Shown piece after piece: positions 1 through 13,815 of a DNA stretch of 64,000 bases (position 1 is its first letter; each line of letters begins with the position of its first letter). The notes under the pieces were generated by a model. The model made no database searches. It saw nothing but the letters and a program-made list of their open reading frames with translations, and was not told the DNA's origin. Source of the stretch: the human T2T-CHM13v2.0 reference genome, Homo sapiens; the NCBI RefSeq assembly GCF_009914755.1, contig NC_060937.1. One strand, 5' to 3'. A program made the translations under genes and the position numbers.

Positions 1-101
1 CCCTGAGGAAAATCTTGAAGGCGTTTCTTAGTCTGTGGATTTTTTCTCCACAAGGGTATAAAATAAGAAGATGAGGGAAATAACCTTAACTGAATACATG
101 G

Positions 102-436
102 TGATATGGTTTGTCTGTGTCTCCACCCAAATCTCATCTGGAATTGTAGCTCTCATAATTGGGAGATAATTGAATCATGGGGGCAGTTTTCCCCACACTG
201 TTGTCTTGGTAGTGAATAAGTCTCATGAGATCTGATGATTTTATAAGCGGTTTCCCCTTTCACTTGGCTCTCATTCTCTCTTGCTACCACCATGTAAGAC
301 GTGCCTTTCACTTTCCACCATGATTGTGAGGCCTCCCCAGCCACGTAGAACTGTGAGTCTATTAAACCTCTTTTTCTTTATAAATTACCCAGTCTCGGGT
401 GTGTCTTTATCAGCTGCATGGAAACGGACTAATACA
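102..436 (+). mobile_element. THE1 (THE1B/C) solo LTR, ERVL-MaLR
   Basis: Starts TGATATGGTTTG, ends GGACTAATACA; THE1 core blocks (GAGATCTGATG, GTGAGGCCTCCCCAGCC); 5-bp TSD CATGG/CATGA; short internal deletion near 160. Confidence 0.92.
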
Positions 437-459
437 CATGAATAGCACGTCAAGACAAA

Positions 460-832
460 TGTTACAGACTGAATGTTTTGTTTGGACCTAAATTCCTGTG
501 CTGAAGCCCTGACAGCCAATGTGACCGTATTTGGAGTTGGGGACCATAAGGAGGGAACAGGGGTTAAAAATGGTCAAGATCCATGAGGCTTAGAGAGACT
601 AGAGAGCTCTCCCTCCTCTCCCAACCCAGGTGCACACAAGCAAGAGATCATATGAGCACTCAGTGAAACGGCTGCTCCTACAAGCCAAGAAAAGAGGTCT
701 TAGAATAAAACCTAATTTACTGGCACCTTGATCTTGGACTTCCAGCCTCAACAACTGTGGGAAATACATTTCTTTTGTTTAAGTCACCCAGTCTGTGATT
801 TTTTTTAATAGCAATTTGAGCAGACTAAGACA
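460..832 (+). mobile_element. MLT1A-type solo LTR, ERVL-MaLR
   Basis: TGTTACAGACTGAATG start; GGCACCTTGATCTTGGACTTCCAGCCTC block; GCAGACTAAGACA end. Confidence 0.85.
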
Positions 833-1849
833 ATAGGTTACAGACTCAGGCCATTAAAGTGACAAAAATGAGGAAGTATGGTAATCTTATAAATAAGGGC
901 AACCTTATTATTTGTAAATATAGATAAAAAGAATTTTTTGTTATGATGTGGGTCAGAGTGGTATGGAGTGTCATAGAAAACACATTTCTTTGCAACTCTA
1001 CCAGGTTGTAGACCATCCATACATTCAGTCCTAATTTTGGACGAGATTTACAAAAGTTGTGTAGGACAAAGGGTTATTTCACCTTTGCACATTGGCATGA
1101 TATCTGGCATCTCTGGCTCCTCACTACTCAATTCCAGTCATTCCCCTTTAATGATTTGACAATCAGAAATAATCCCATAAATTTTCAAAACTCCCTTCTG
1201 AGTGGTGACACCCCTATTGAAAATCATTCCTCTATTATTTCTTTAAAATTCATCATCAACTGCTGTCAACTCTACTGTCAAAACAAGTCCTGCCATTCAT
1301 ACATGATTAGTTCATGACCGTGAGCAAGAATCTGCCCTCAGTTCAGTGAGGGAGCATGAGATCTAGTCCTAAATCAGTCAGTGCACTGTATTCATCTGGT
1401 GACAATAGCTAGACATGACCCAATCAGAGCCAATGACACATAATGGAGCTTTTGATTAATAGCTTGGGAGACTCTGGTCCTCCCAGCCACCTCGAATGAC
1501 AGAGGCTGTAGGTATGGAGCTGCTTAACCATCTGGCGTGTTGCAGAGCCTCCAGTAAAAACCAATCCAGTGGAATGTATAGTTGGGTTTCGGTTCTCTTT
1601 GTGTGATACTTTCCCTGCATTAAGTCATGCAAGATTTGAAGAGGAGGAAACTATATTCCTGCTTTATAGTCAGATTGGGGGACACCTAACAGCATGGTGC
1701 AGGAAGAGCTTGTATATGGAATCTGTGACCCTAGTACTTCCATATAATATTTTCTGCACTTTATCAATCACTGAACCAGTTATATGCTCCAAAGGTTACA
1801 TCTTGTACCCTGAAGGGAGGAAAGAAGAAGAAGCAAATTTACACACAGG

Positions 1850-1975
1850 TACACAAAATACCTACCCAGTTCTAATTATTTTGTTTATTGTCTGTCTCTC
1901 TTCACTTGAACATAATCTTCATAAGGCCAAATTTTTCTACCTGTTTCGTTTATTGCTATACTCCTGGTGCTGAAG
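1850..1975 (+). mobile_element. L2 3' end fragment
   Basis: TTTATTGTCTGTCTCTCTTCACTTGAACATAATCTTCATAAGG resembles the L2 3' terminus. Confidence 0.55.
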
Positions 1976-2062
1976 ATGGTGGGATGAGGGAAAGGTAAGC
2001 CTTGGCTTCCTGGTTTTCTATTTGCCATCTAAACAGTATTTATCAATATCCACTTCCTTTCT

Positions 2063-2245
2063 GCTTTTTAACTTTTTATTATGAAAAATTTCCAATATAT
2101 ACAAGGTAGAGAAAATATAAGTGAAATTCCTTGTACCCGTTACTCAACTTCATAATTATCATGGCCAATTCATTTTCACTTATATTCACCACAACTCTCC
2201 CTCTTTGCTTCTCTAACTAGATTATATTAAAGCAAATCTCAAAAA
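2063..2245 (-). mobile_element. old L1M (L1MB/MC-like) 3' UTR fragment
   Basis: TTTTTATTATGAAAAATTTCCAATATATACAAGGTAGAGAAAAT is typical of an antisense old L1 3' end. Confidence 0.6.
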
Positions 2246-2259
2246 GCTTCTACACACTT

Positions 2260-2622
2260 CTTTTAAAAAAATTTTATGGGTACATAGTAGGTATATATAT
2301 TTATGGGGTACATGAGATAGTTTGATACAGACATGCAATATGAAATAATCACATCATGAAAAGTAGGGTATCCATATCCTCAAGCATTTATCCTTTGTGT
2401 TACAAACAACCCAATTATACCATTGTAGTTATTTTTAAATGTATTTGTACATTTTAAATGTATTTTAAATGTGGTTGTATTAATTTACTTTCCCACCAAG
2501 TGTATGAGAGGGTCCCCTTTTCTCTACATCCTCTCCAGCATTTGTTATTGCCAATTTTTTGGATAAAAACCATTTTAACCAGGGTGGAATTATATCTCAT
2601 TGTAGTTTTGACTTGCATTTCA
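2260..2622 (-). mobile_element. L1MA fragment (3' UTR plus ORF2 C-terminus, internally deleted)
   Basis: Minus-strand translation [43 protein letters not shown] matches the L1 ORF2p C-terminal cysteine-rich region; GGGTACATAGTAGGTATATATATTTATGGGGTACATGAG is the L1MA 3' end. Confidence 0.9.
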
Positions 2623-4328
<1,706 letters not shown>

Positions 4329-4765
4329 TGTATTGAGTTGAGTTCTGGGAAATAGACTTGCAGGTAAAAATTTCCATGAGAAGTTTTTTGGGGAGTGATC
4401 TTAGTGCTTATACCTATAAAGGAGTAAACGCGGTAACACTGGGCAGAAGGAGATGTTGAGCTTTGTTGCAGTTGCAGCAGAGGAATCGGTCAATCTTGCA
4501 TGGAGTCTGACCTGGGAGGGCCTCCCAGAGCTGTATCACCATGAGGCAAGGGGCCAGGCCTCTGCATCCCACCTTTGTGCACCAGTCATTGGATGCAGCT
4601 GCCCCTGGGATGGTGCTATGAACTTGGGCAGGGTGGCTGTCTTCAGCTGGGAGCCGTTTCCAGGAAGGGACCCAGTGGGGAGCCCTGACAACCACCCCCC
4701 AACCCACCAACACTCTCAGCTGTGGAGAGGATGACAGCGTCTGCCTGGGCATCACAGCAGCCACA
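4329..4765 (-). mobile_element. LTR16-family ERVL 5' LTR
   Basis: TG...CA termini; CAGTCATTGGATGCAGCTGCCCC and GAGGCAAGGGGCCAGGCCT blocks; directly abuts the PBS and internal sequence. Confidence 0.75.
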
Positions 4766-5304
4766 ACCGCCCCTTTTTCACTCCTTTTAATCTGTCTGCC
4801 CCCTTTTATACATTTATTCTTCCAAGGTTTCTATTCTCAGGCTTTTTCTTCTTGGGTCTGCCTTTCTTTGGGGGGATGGGGCTGCGGGGAGTGTTGCATC
4901 TACTTCCTACTACAGATGCTGTGCCCTGTCCTCGGATCTCCATGATTCCCACCCACTGGTTTATCCTTCTGTTTGTACCAGTCCTCTTTGGACTTCCCAC
5001 CTGTTTGCATCACCTCCCCAACTTCCCGATTCGACCCCCAAGTCCTATATCTGTACGATACCTGTGCATGCCTTGTATGGAAGTCCCCATGGCTCGTACG
5101 TTGTGGATCCAGGCTTCTGTACTTCAGTTCCCAGCACCAATATCACAACCTGTTTGGAAGTGGACATGCGTTAAATTCGTGCATGTTCCCTACTTTTTGC
5201 CTTGGTGTCTAATTCTGCTCTCTCTTTCCACCCCGCCCCCCTACCTCAGTCCATTATCCACAGCTCTTACAAAGCTACCAGAGGAAGCTTTCTAAAATAT
5301 GAAT

Positions 5305-5460
5305 CTTTATTCATCGAAAAATATTTATGGAACGTTTGCAGTGTCCCACCTAGGTTATTTTCTAGGCATCTGTGATGAACAATACAGTCAAAGTTCCTGC
5401 TCTCACAGAACTTACATTTTAGCCGGAAGACAGGCATTTAAAACAAGCGAATGAATGGAT
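5305..5460 (-). mobile_element. L2 3' end fragment
   Basis: TTATTCATCGAAAAATATTTATGG...GTTCCTGCTCTCACAGAACTTACATTTTAG. Confidence 0.7.
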
Positions 5461-7424
5461 AGATGCTATGCTAGGAATTAGAATGGTAAGATAGCATGAA
5501 GACATGGCTGTTTTATAATAATATCAGTTGCCTGATTAAAAATTGTCAGAGGTTTCCCATTGTCTTCAGGGGAGAGTTCAGACTCGCTTGACACAAAAGA
5601 CTCCCATGGAGAAAAGTTCTGGGCCCCTGGTGTGGATCAGATGGCCCCTTGAACTTGGTAATTTGGGTGGCTGACTCTTCCAGGAGGCCAGTCCTTCTGC
5701 CCCAGTGGCCTTCCTCCTGGTCTCCTTCCTTCCTCCTCCCGGGATCCCTTCCCACTGGAATAATGTTGCTTTTAACCAAAGTGACAAAAAGCCCAGCTGG
5801 CCTCAGCAGGTTTATTCTTGTCAGTGTCTCAAACCAGACAATGAACAATCCATTTCAACAGGGACTTTTGCCACTATTTCTGGGAAACGTGGACTGTGAC
5901 ATGACTTTTGGAAGAAGATATATTGTTTTTAAGCATGGAGGTGCAATGCTGATTTCTACTGAGGCTGGGCGCTGCGGCTTGATTTGCACCCACACAACAC
6001 TCCCTCTTCCTAGCCCAGTATCCCCTCCCCCCCGCCATTTTATCTCACTGAGATTATAGGAGATTTTAAGCAAGAAAACAAAATGAAACCAAGCACGTTA
6101 TCAGTAGGTTACAGGTCAAAGGCGATAAGTCCTCAAAAATCCCAGTTCTCAACAGGAACCTGGGACTTTTCACTGCACTCACTGCAGAGGTGAGGAGATG
6201 ACAGAGGAAGCAGAAGGTCCCTTGCCCTTGGCAGGCTCCCACCAAGCTGCCATTACTTATGGGGCCATCTAATGAGGGATCTGAAGAAATTGATGACGGA
6301 CCCCTAAACATCCCTGAGTCCAGCAAATCTCCTCCCCCTTCCTTCCCGCATTGCCGCTCCTCTTCTTTTTCCCTTTATTTGGCGTTATGTTCATTGCCTT
6401 TCCCCCACTTCTCTCTCTTCCTTGGACTCCTGCAGCCCGGGTCACTAACTTAGCTTTCACCCCCCCTAGTGGTAAGTAAGGCAAATCACCCATTTGCTTG
6501 TTGGTTCCAAGAGCTACAGCTACACGCGCTCTCATAGGGGCTGAACAGATATAAAATGAGAGAAGACATCTACTTATTATTTGAAGGAGGTTAAACTTTT
6601 ATTTTAACCACAACAGATAGTCCCCAATCTTGAGATACTTATTCTTTATTATTTGATTATTACATACATAAGAAATTACAACTATAGTGTATCAATAGAA
6701 TTTCATAATGTGTACAGTCAAGCCTTTTAGGTATTTTCTATTATTATACATAAAAATATAGTTAATGAAAAATAAAATCATTTCTCATTATACCTGAGGT
6801 GTGATGTAAATGAAGTTGATACTGTAAGATTGATATTAGTCACGGTGATTGCCCTTTTGAGTGAAATCAACATGCTGTACTAAAAAAAATATAGTACAAT
6901 ATTAGGGTTTAGCTTGTATTTCTGAGACTGGAAACGGTCTTAAGAGGGATGAGGTGAGCTGCTGTGATATGCAGAGGCCTGGGAAGACCTTTCTGCTGCT
7001 AAAAATTTTGCCCTGACTCATGTGGCCTTGGGCTAAAATCAAATGTTCACATTGATAGGAAGGCATCATAAAAATAAACGAATTGTCAGCTCTTTCTCCT
7101 TTCCACTGTTAAACCTCTGCAAGTTTAACTCTGAGCTGCTGGAAGGAGGGTGAGAGGTAGTTTTGTAAGGAACTGGGTGGATTTTCATAATACTGGGATG
7201 TTAAAGAGCAGAATGAGAAGTGTGACAGAGAGCACGGAGCACTTCAGGAGGTGGAAATGGTGTGTGATACTGTAACTCCAGCTCTTGTTGGACACAGCTT
7301 TTTAAAATTTGTATTTCATGAGTCCTAGGAAAATTCTTCTTCCCCAAATGGCAGTAGTACAGATCTGGGGCTGAAAGAAAGGCCTTCATTCTTTTTTTTT
7401 TTTTTTTAATATGTAAAATGTTAA

Positions 7425-7585
7425 CTCATTAAATCCTCCCTATGACATTATGAGGTAGGTGCTATTGTAACATTCACTGTGCTGATAAACTGAGACAGAA
7501 GAGAAGTTAGGTAACTTGCTCAAAGTCACTTAACAAGTAAGCAAGGGGTGCGGCTTCCACCCTAGCAATCTGGCCCCAACATGCG
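7425..7585 (-). mobile_element. MIR SINE
   Basis: ATGAGGTAGGTGCTATTG...AAACTGAGACAGAAGAGAAGTTAGGTAACTTGCTCAAAGTCAC antisense MIR core. Confidence 0.8.
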
Positions 7586-10239
7586 TGCATTTGCTTATTC
7601 TCCAGGGCTGCTCTTCTAGCTGGAGGATCTGGAGCTGGAGGTCAGAACCCGCAGCTTTCTGGCCGAAGGACATTAAGCCAGACAACTCAAACGTGTTGTA
7701 TTGCTCATACTTTGGGTTTACCATGATCATGTAGGCAACACTGATTGATGATCAGTGCAACTAGGTCTGAAACAGGATATTCTTGTACTGAAGCTTAGTT
7801 TTATGCAGAATTACATCTTATCCTTCAGATTCTAAGCTTATTTCTGCACTGATAAGTTGGCATCTCGGTGGCCTCAGTTTCTGTGGGTTTTTACCCGGTT
7901 GAGATGAGAATATTCCTTGCTCCCCTAATGGATTTCCATTTAATTTTCTTAAAACAAAAACAATACTGTTTTTTAAAAGAAAGTGTTTTCATGCAGTTTA
8001 AGTGTTAAAAAATCAGTTTAAAATTTTCACAGCAGCAAGAGCAGGAAGAACTCAGGTTATATGGTCTTGACCACACTTGCCGGCATACAGCGTACTTTGT
8101 CCTGGGTGGGTGCTGAAGAAAAATGGAGAACAAAACCAACTCCATGACTGAAACACAAACTCAACCTTGCACATGCAGCAAATAGGTTGAGTTAAAAGAA
8201 CAATGAAAGAGAGCTCAGACTCATTCTTGTTTTAGTGACTTTTTAGGTTTATTTTTTTCCAACTGTGATTTTATCCAGAGTGTTAGTATAAACTTATGTG
8301 GTTAGAACTGTTACCAAAGGATAGGAGATCTAATTCCAGATCAACCAGTGAAAGTCGGGTAGTTTTAACCACCAACATCTGCAACAGCTAAATAAGATCC
8401 ATGTTGCTTCTGTTACACAGTGTTTCCTACTGTATTTTTGAAAATGTGCTCAATTGTCACATAGTAAAAGCAAATATTGAGTAGCTTCTGAGGGACAGTG
8501 GTACTTTTAAAAAAGTGATCCCAACTCCTATGTTCTTTAGAAACAATTCAAGTAAACATATTAAATAAGATTCCAAACCTTTCACCTCTTATTACTGTTC
8601 CATCTAAAATTTCATCCATTTGGAATGAATGGGGAGATGGACAATGTCCTTGGAAAGATTGTAAGTCTAGACGGGGGTAGCTTAGTTTCATATTTTTATA
8701 TAAAAAAAGCTTTTTGCTCACAAAGCCAGATGGTAGACGGAATTGCTCCACTTAATGCTGGGAGCTGTTCATGACAGAGCATGCACTGGGTATGCTGACA
8801 GAGATGAATGCTTTGGAAAAGGTTTCCACTGAACACAGAAACTTGATTTGCAAAGGAGGAGAGACTTTGTCCATTCCCTAAGTGACCAATCTTTAAGAAT
8901 GGCTTTAAGAATGATGTGAGTTGAAAATTAAATCTAAAATCATAAAATAAGTAATATCTTCCTGTATACTTACACATTTGAGGGTATGATTACTATCTGG
9001 TCATTTGGCAAGAACAGTTACAAGAAATCACATCTTAAATAAACTTCTCATACACAATTTGTTGCTAAAATGCATTTGCTTAGCAGCCAAGGATTAGATT
9101 TTTGCCAGTTTGTACTAAGGATTAGCTGAGATTTGTGTTGCAAACAGAAGATTAAGGGAGCAGGCATATCATCTTCATGAACAATTCAGAATAATATTTT
9201 GTTTCAAAATTAACCAGTGTGGGATCAGCACTTCACATTATGTGTTTGTGTGCAGAAATTCATGCATATAGCATTTCTTTTTCCAGAAGTAATTAGGGGA
9301 TTCAGGTAAAACCAATTATTTGTGAGCACTTTGTTATATAAAAGAGGTCCCTGTGCTGAGCCACACACTGGGAGATGGTAAATCAGTAGTTCCTTCCCGG
9401 GTATGTTATGTTTGATTATACTTATATTCTATAATATTTTGCCCTTTTCATTTTATGCTCATATTTTCATTGGTTTATGAAGTAACAGTCTCTAGATTTC
9501 ATTCCAAATGGAAAGTTGGCATGAAAACTCTCAATCCAATTATTCCTATACGCATTTTGAAACAAATCATTTTGGCCCTTTTGAAAATTTTACAGGAGGT
9601 GATAAAAATAGGAAATTTCAGGTTTCAGATGTTTTATTGCATTCTTGTAGCATAATAACAGCTTCATTAAAAAGAATTCCACAATACAATGTGGACTCTG
9701 TGAGTTGTTTAAAACACTTTTGCTGGCTTTCTTTTTAAAGCTTTGTATGCAAGAAAGTTGTGTTATTTTACAGTTTATGTTTCATTTTATTTTGCTAAGC
9801 TTTGGGGAGATATTGAATTAATACTCCCCAATGCATGACTGTAGGGATTAAAGAGCCTGCCAAGTGGTACTGCTCTTGAGACTGATGACTTAGGACACTT
9901 CCAAGCTAAAATCACACCTATTCTAAGAAGTTGGAATCAGTTTCAGGGCTTATTTCAATCTCCGGAGCTAATCATCCTTCAACTTATGGGCTGTGTTAGA
10001 GGTGGACTTGGGGGAAGCTCTTCCCTAGGGCATTTTGTTCAGTCACTGGAGGAACAAGAGGAAGAAGCAAAAGTAACTCTCTCTCCCCTGAATTTGGGAA
10101 ATTATTATTTCCCAGGCAACAAATTTTAGCAGGGGTAGAGGGAACCTTCAAAGCTATCTGGTACAGGTGTTCTTTCGGTCTCAAGTCTCCTTTCCAAACT
10201 CTGTCTTCCAAACAAAGCTCAAGTATCTCCAGCAAGGGG

Positions 10240-10400
10240 AAATTTCATCTTGGGAGGCAGAGCCTTCTGTCTGGGAACACCCCGGAGTTACAGAGCTCCT
10301 CCTGATGTGGAGCTGAGATCTGTCGTCCTGTGACTTCCACCCATTGTTCCTAGCAATATACCTCCGACACAGAAAGAACAGGCCTCTTTTTATTTCTTAA
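10240..10400 (-). mobile_element. L3/CR1 fragment
   Basis: GAGCTGAGATCTGTCGTCCTGTGACTTCCACCCATTGTTCCTAG resembles the antisense CR1/L3 3' region. Confidence 0.55.
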
Positions 10401-10433
10401 CAGCAATTCAGCTCTCAGGGGAGGGCATGGGTA

Positions 10434-10636
10434 GAGTAGGGAGGATGGGGCTTTGTAGATGGACAGGGTCCTGTCCTCTCTGGTCCTCAGTCTCCAGTTC
10501 TGTAAGGTGCCGATTATAAAACCAGACTTCCAGCGTTGCTGGGGAGATTCCAGGAAATGTGTATGAGGCCCCTGCTGCAACTCCTGGCACCAAGCAGTGA
10601 CTCCATAGCAGATGATCACTACGATTCCTATGGAAG
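10434..10636 (+). repeat. local direct duplication, copy A (MIR-derived; probable donor)
   Basis: Aligns without gaps to 11453-11655, 160/203 identical by hand count. Confidence 0.92.
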
Positions 10637-10984
10637 CTGCTTAGTGATTTTCCCTGGAGTCCTCTTTCTGTAGGAGAATTGGCCTCTATTTTTTCCATCT
10701 CTTTACATGTTTTGTAGGTTGGGGTCTCCACCACTTCCAGTTAGTCAAGTCTTGCCAAGAACTATCTGCAATCCTTTTTAGACCTGATGGCTGCTAGGGA
10801 ACAGAGTGGAAACCCTCCGCAGCAGCTGGTCACAGAAGCAGAATTGATGTCCTCGTCGGGTTCTCCATTCAGGGACCAAATGCTCAGCAAATGCCTAGAG
10901 AGCGAATGGCAGGCATTTCGTAGAATAGAAAGAGTAAGACAGTTTGGAGCTGAAATTCACACTCTATTATTATACTGTGAAATC

Positions 10985-11150
10985 CTAGTGCGCTCCTTCT
11001 GTGTCAGCCTTTGTGTCAGATACCTACATATTTATTATCTTACTCACTCCTCACATCAACTCGGTGATCTGAAGATTGTCTCTATTTTCCCTCTGAGGAA
11101 ACAGAAGTTCAGAGAATGTGAGAAACCCATGGAAGGTTGGCCAAGCGCTC
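10985..11150 (-). mobile_element. MIR SINE
   Basis: TATTATCTTACTCACTCCTCACATCAAC...CTGAGGAAACAGAAGTTCAGAGAATGTGAG. Confidence 0.65.
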
Positions 11151-11235
11151 CTGGTAGATTTGAGATGATCTGATCAGTGAGCAAGATGATCTCAATCACC
11201 TGAAAACCAATGAGGAGAAAAATTGTGTTCATCAC

Positions 11236-11933
11236 TGTATTAGTCAGGGTCCTCCAGAGAAACAGAACCAGCAGGAGATGTACACATTCTATATGGATAT
11301 AAAAGGAGGTTTATTATGAGGAATTGGCTCACATGATTCTGGAGGCTGAGTAGTCCCAGGACCTAGCATGTGCAAGCTGGAGAACCAGGAAAGCTGGGGC
11401 TGTAATTCAGTCCCAGTCTAAAGGCCTGAGAATCTGGGAAGCTGACAGTGTGGAGCAGGGAGGTTGAGGCTTTGCAGGTAGATGGGGTCCCCTTCTCTCT
11501 GGTCCTTGGTCTCCACTTCTGTAAAGTGGTGAATATCAAACCTGACTTCCAAAGTTGCTGGGGAGACTCCAGAAAATGTGTATTAGGTACCTTGTGCAGT
11601 TCCTGGCATCTATCAGCGACTGAATGACAGATGATCATGATGCTTCCTATGGAAGGTACCTAGAGCCAGAGAAGATGAAATGAGATGTCCCAACCCAAGC
11701 AGTCAGTGATGATGCAAAAAGGGGCAAACTGCTGCTTCCTCTGCCTTTGATTCTGCTCAGGCCCTCCAGGGATTGAATGATGCCCAACCACTTGGGGAGG
11801 GCATCTCCTTTACTGAGTTCACTGGTTCAAATGCCAATCTCACCTGGAAACACCCTCACAGGCACACTCAGAAGGAAATTTAATCTTGGCACCCCATGGC
11901 CAGTCAAGGTGACCCAGAGAATTGACCATCATA
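11236..11933 (-). mobile_element. MLT2B-type ERVL solo LTR, interrupted by a 203-bp insertion
   Basis: TGTATTAGTCAGGGTCCTCCAGAGAAACAGAACC start; GGAAACACCCTCACAGGCACAC and CAGTCAAGGTGACCCAGAGAATTGACCATCA end. Confidence 0.88.
11453..11655 (+). repeat. local direct duplication, copy B (inserted in the MLT2B LTR)
   Basis: Gap-free 79% match to 10434-10636; MLT2 sequence resumes on both sides. Confidence 0.92.
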
Positions 11934-13002
11934 GTTACTTTTAAGGCAATTCTGACATGAACTCAATTCCATCTTATGGTTTTGTTCCATGAACAAAACC
12001 CAGAGAGGTAAACGTGGTTTGCAGGTGGTGGGAAATCAATGTCTCAGGCGCTCTTCACGCTGACTTGTGTAATCCTTCCCTGGAGAACTGAAGACTCCCA
12101 GCAGGGAGCTAACAGGGTTTCTTCTCTTCTTATCTCTGCTCTAGCCACTATCAGTGTGCCGGGTCCCTCTGAGAGACAAATGGGAAACTCAAAATGTAAG
12201 CCTGTATTAAAACAGATCACAGTGATGCTAGATGGCCGTACTCATCTATGTCTCCAGCAGGCCATGCACACAGGCTGCCCAAAGCCTTTCCTTTTCCATG
12301 TTGCCCCCAAGTTTTTCTTTGTGTGTATCTCGCTGTTTACATCTAGTTCTCTTGAATATTTCCCCAAGATAGCAGGTAGCTCCCCGGTCTCACAGGAGTA
12401 GTTCATAAGACAAACAGAATTACCATTTCTTGGTTAATTATCATATCTGTGGACCCTTTAAGCATTACTGTAAATGAAGATTTTCAAATCATTTGAGAAA
12501 CACTAAAATTTAAAAATACAACAGAATCTTAGTGCATGGCTAAACATCTGATAATATATGCAGGGTGAGTGGTTATAAAAGAGAAAACATGCCTATGGCC
12601 AATATTTTATATAAAATAGACTCAAAAGCAATAAGTCCTAATATTAGTTTAGAAGGGATGGAGGCTGTCCAGCTCATAATAAAATTCCTCTTCTTTTCAT
12701 GTTGTTTCTTTTCCAGGTCATACGAAAACAAGTATAATAATGTATTTTGCCTATAGGTGCCAAGACCTGCATTGTTTCCTTTCAGATACTTTTCTTTATT
12801 GTATTTGGGAACAAACCAGCTATAGCATGAGGAAGGGATGTCAGGTGGAGATAGAAGAGAAGAAAACTGGATGTGCCAACACTGTCATACACAGGGATTT
12901 TCAGCAGTTTCATGAAGCTACTGGAAGATCTTTTCTTTGCTTGCCTATAAACCCATGCCATCCAGTTCTCTCAGTCATAGTGAGCTATTCCTGGAAAAGC
13001 CC

Positions 13003-13449
13003 TTGCATCAATCAGTGTCCCAACAGGAAATGGTTGGCATCCCAGATGAAGATGATAAAGGGACTGTTTACAAAGTTTTGGGGAAACTCCAAGGAATAGT
13101 TTAATAGCCCAGTCCTGTTACCACCCCTGTACCCAAAGTGACAAGGGGAGGGGGTGGAGACTGGGACATGGGAAAATCATCTAGGGAAGGATACCTTTAC
13201 TGGATCAGCAGCCTTCAGTTGGAGGAACACAGCCAGCTCCTGGTGACCCCACAGGGAGAGAGCGGGAGCACTAAGGATTCCAAACTCAGTCCTCCTGATC
13301 TTCATCAGTATTCGTCATTGGCCAAAAAATAACTGAAATTCAGAGGGCAAGAGAGCTCATTGTTATCTAAACAGGTCAGCATGGCAGACAGCGAGGCGAA
13401 GAGGGAAGGAAGGTGGATTTGGAAGAACAAACGGGAGTGACCTAGTGCA
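13003..13449 (-). mobile_element. LTR33-type ERVL LTR
   Basis: TGCATCAATCAGTGTCCCAACAGGAAA, ATAAAGGGACTGTTTACAAAG and CATTGGCC...CAGAGGGCAAGAGAGCTC blocks. Confidence 0.65.
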
Positions 13450-13738
13450 GCCCTGATAAACCCGTGAGTATCGAGGCATATCATAGGGGCAGATGCTTCG
13501 TGCTGAGCTGATCAGCATCCCATGGAGTAGTACGAACTGTAGGCATTACCAAGATTGTGTTCTTGCAGAATCATACGCAGGGATTTCCTCGCCTCCCACC
13601 CCCCTTGAATCATGATTTAAATTGCTTTATGCTTAAAAATTACTGCTTATTCTTAGAGGGTGTGGGTATGAGAGAGTTCTTGTGTGAGCTTTGGATGGTG
13701 AATTGGAAAACTGGACCATGGCATGAAGAACTAGCAGC

Positions 13739-13815
13739 CTTTTCTTTTCTTTTTTTTTTTCTGTTTTGTTGTTTTGTTTTGTTTTTGTTTTGTTTTGTTT
13801 TGTTTCATTTTTTTC
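13739..13815. repeat. T-rich simple repeat, (TTTTG)n-like
   Basis: Direct reading. Confidence 0.9.

Noticed and set aside
4869-4890. G-quadruplex candidates (also ~13145, ~16456, ~43688)
   Set aside because: Mostly three good G-runs or irregular loops; not above background
4852-6059. Longest non-repeat ORFs (147 aa at 4852-5295, 136 aa at 5649-6059)
   Set aside because: Non-ATG starts, no recognisable domain, composition typical of random open frames
6458-6474. CTCF-like CCACTAGGGGGGGT on the minus strand; also weak matches near 34083-34103
   Set aside because: The highly constrained C of the GGC core is mismatched; cannot be supported without ChIP data
12690-12760. Strong plus-strand acceptors (TTTCTTTTCCAG|G, TTTTGCCTATAG|G)
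   Set aside because: No matching strong donor or coding signal found; such tracts are common
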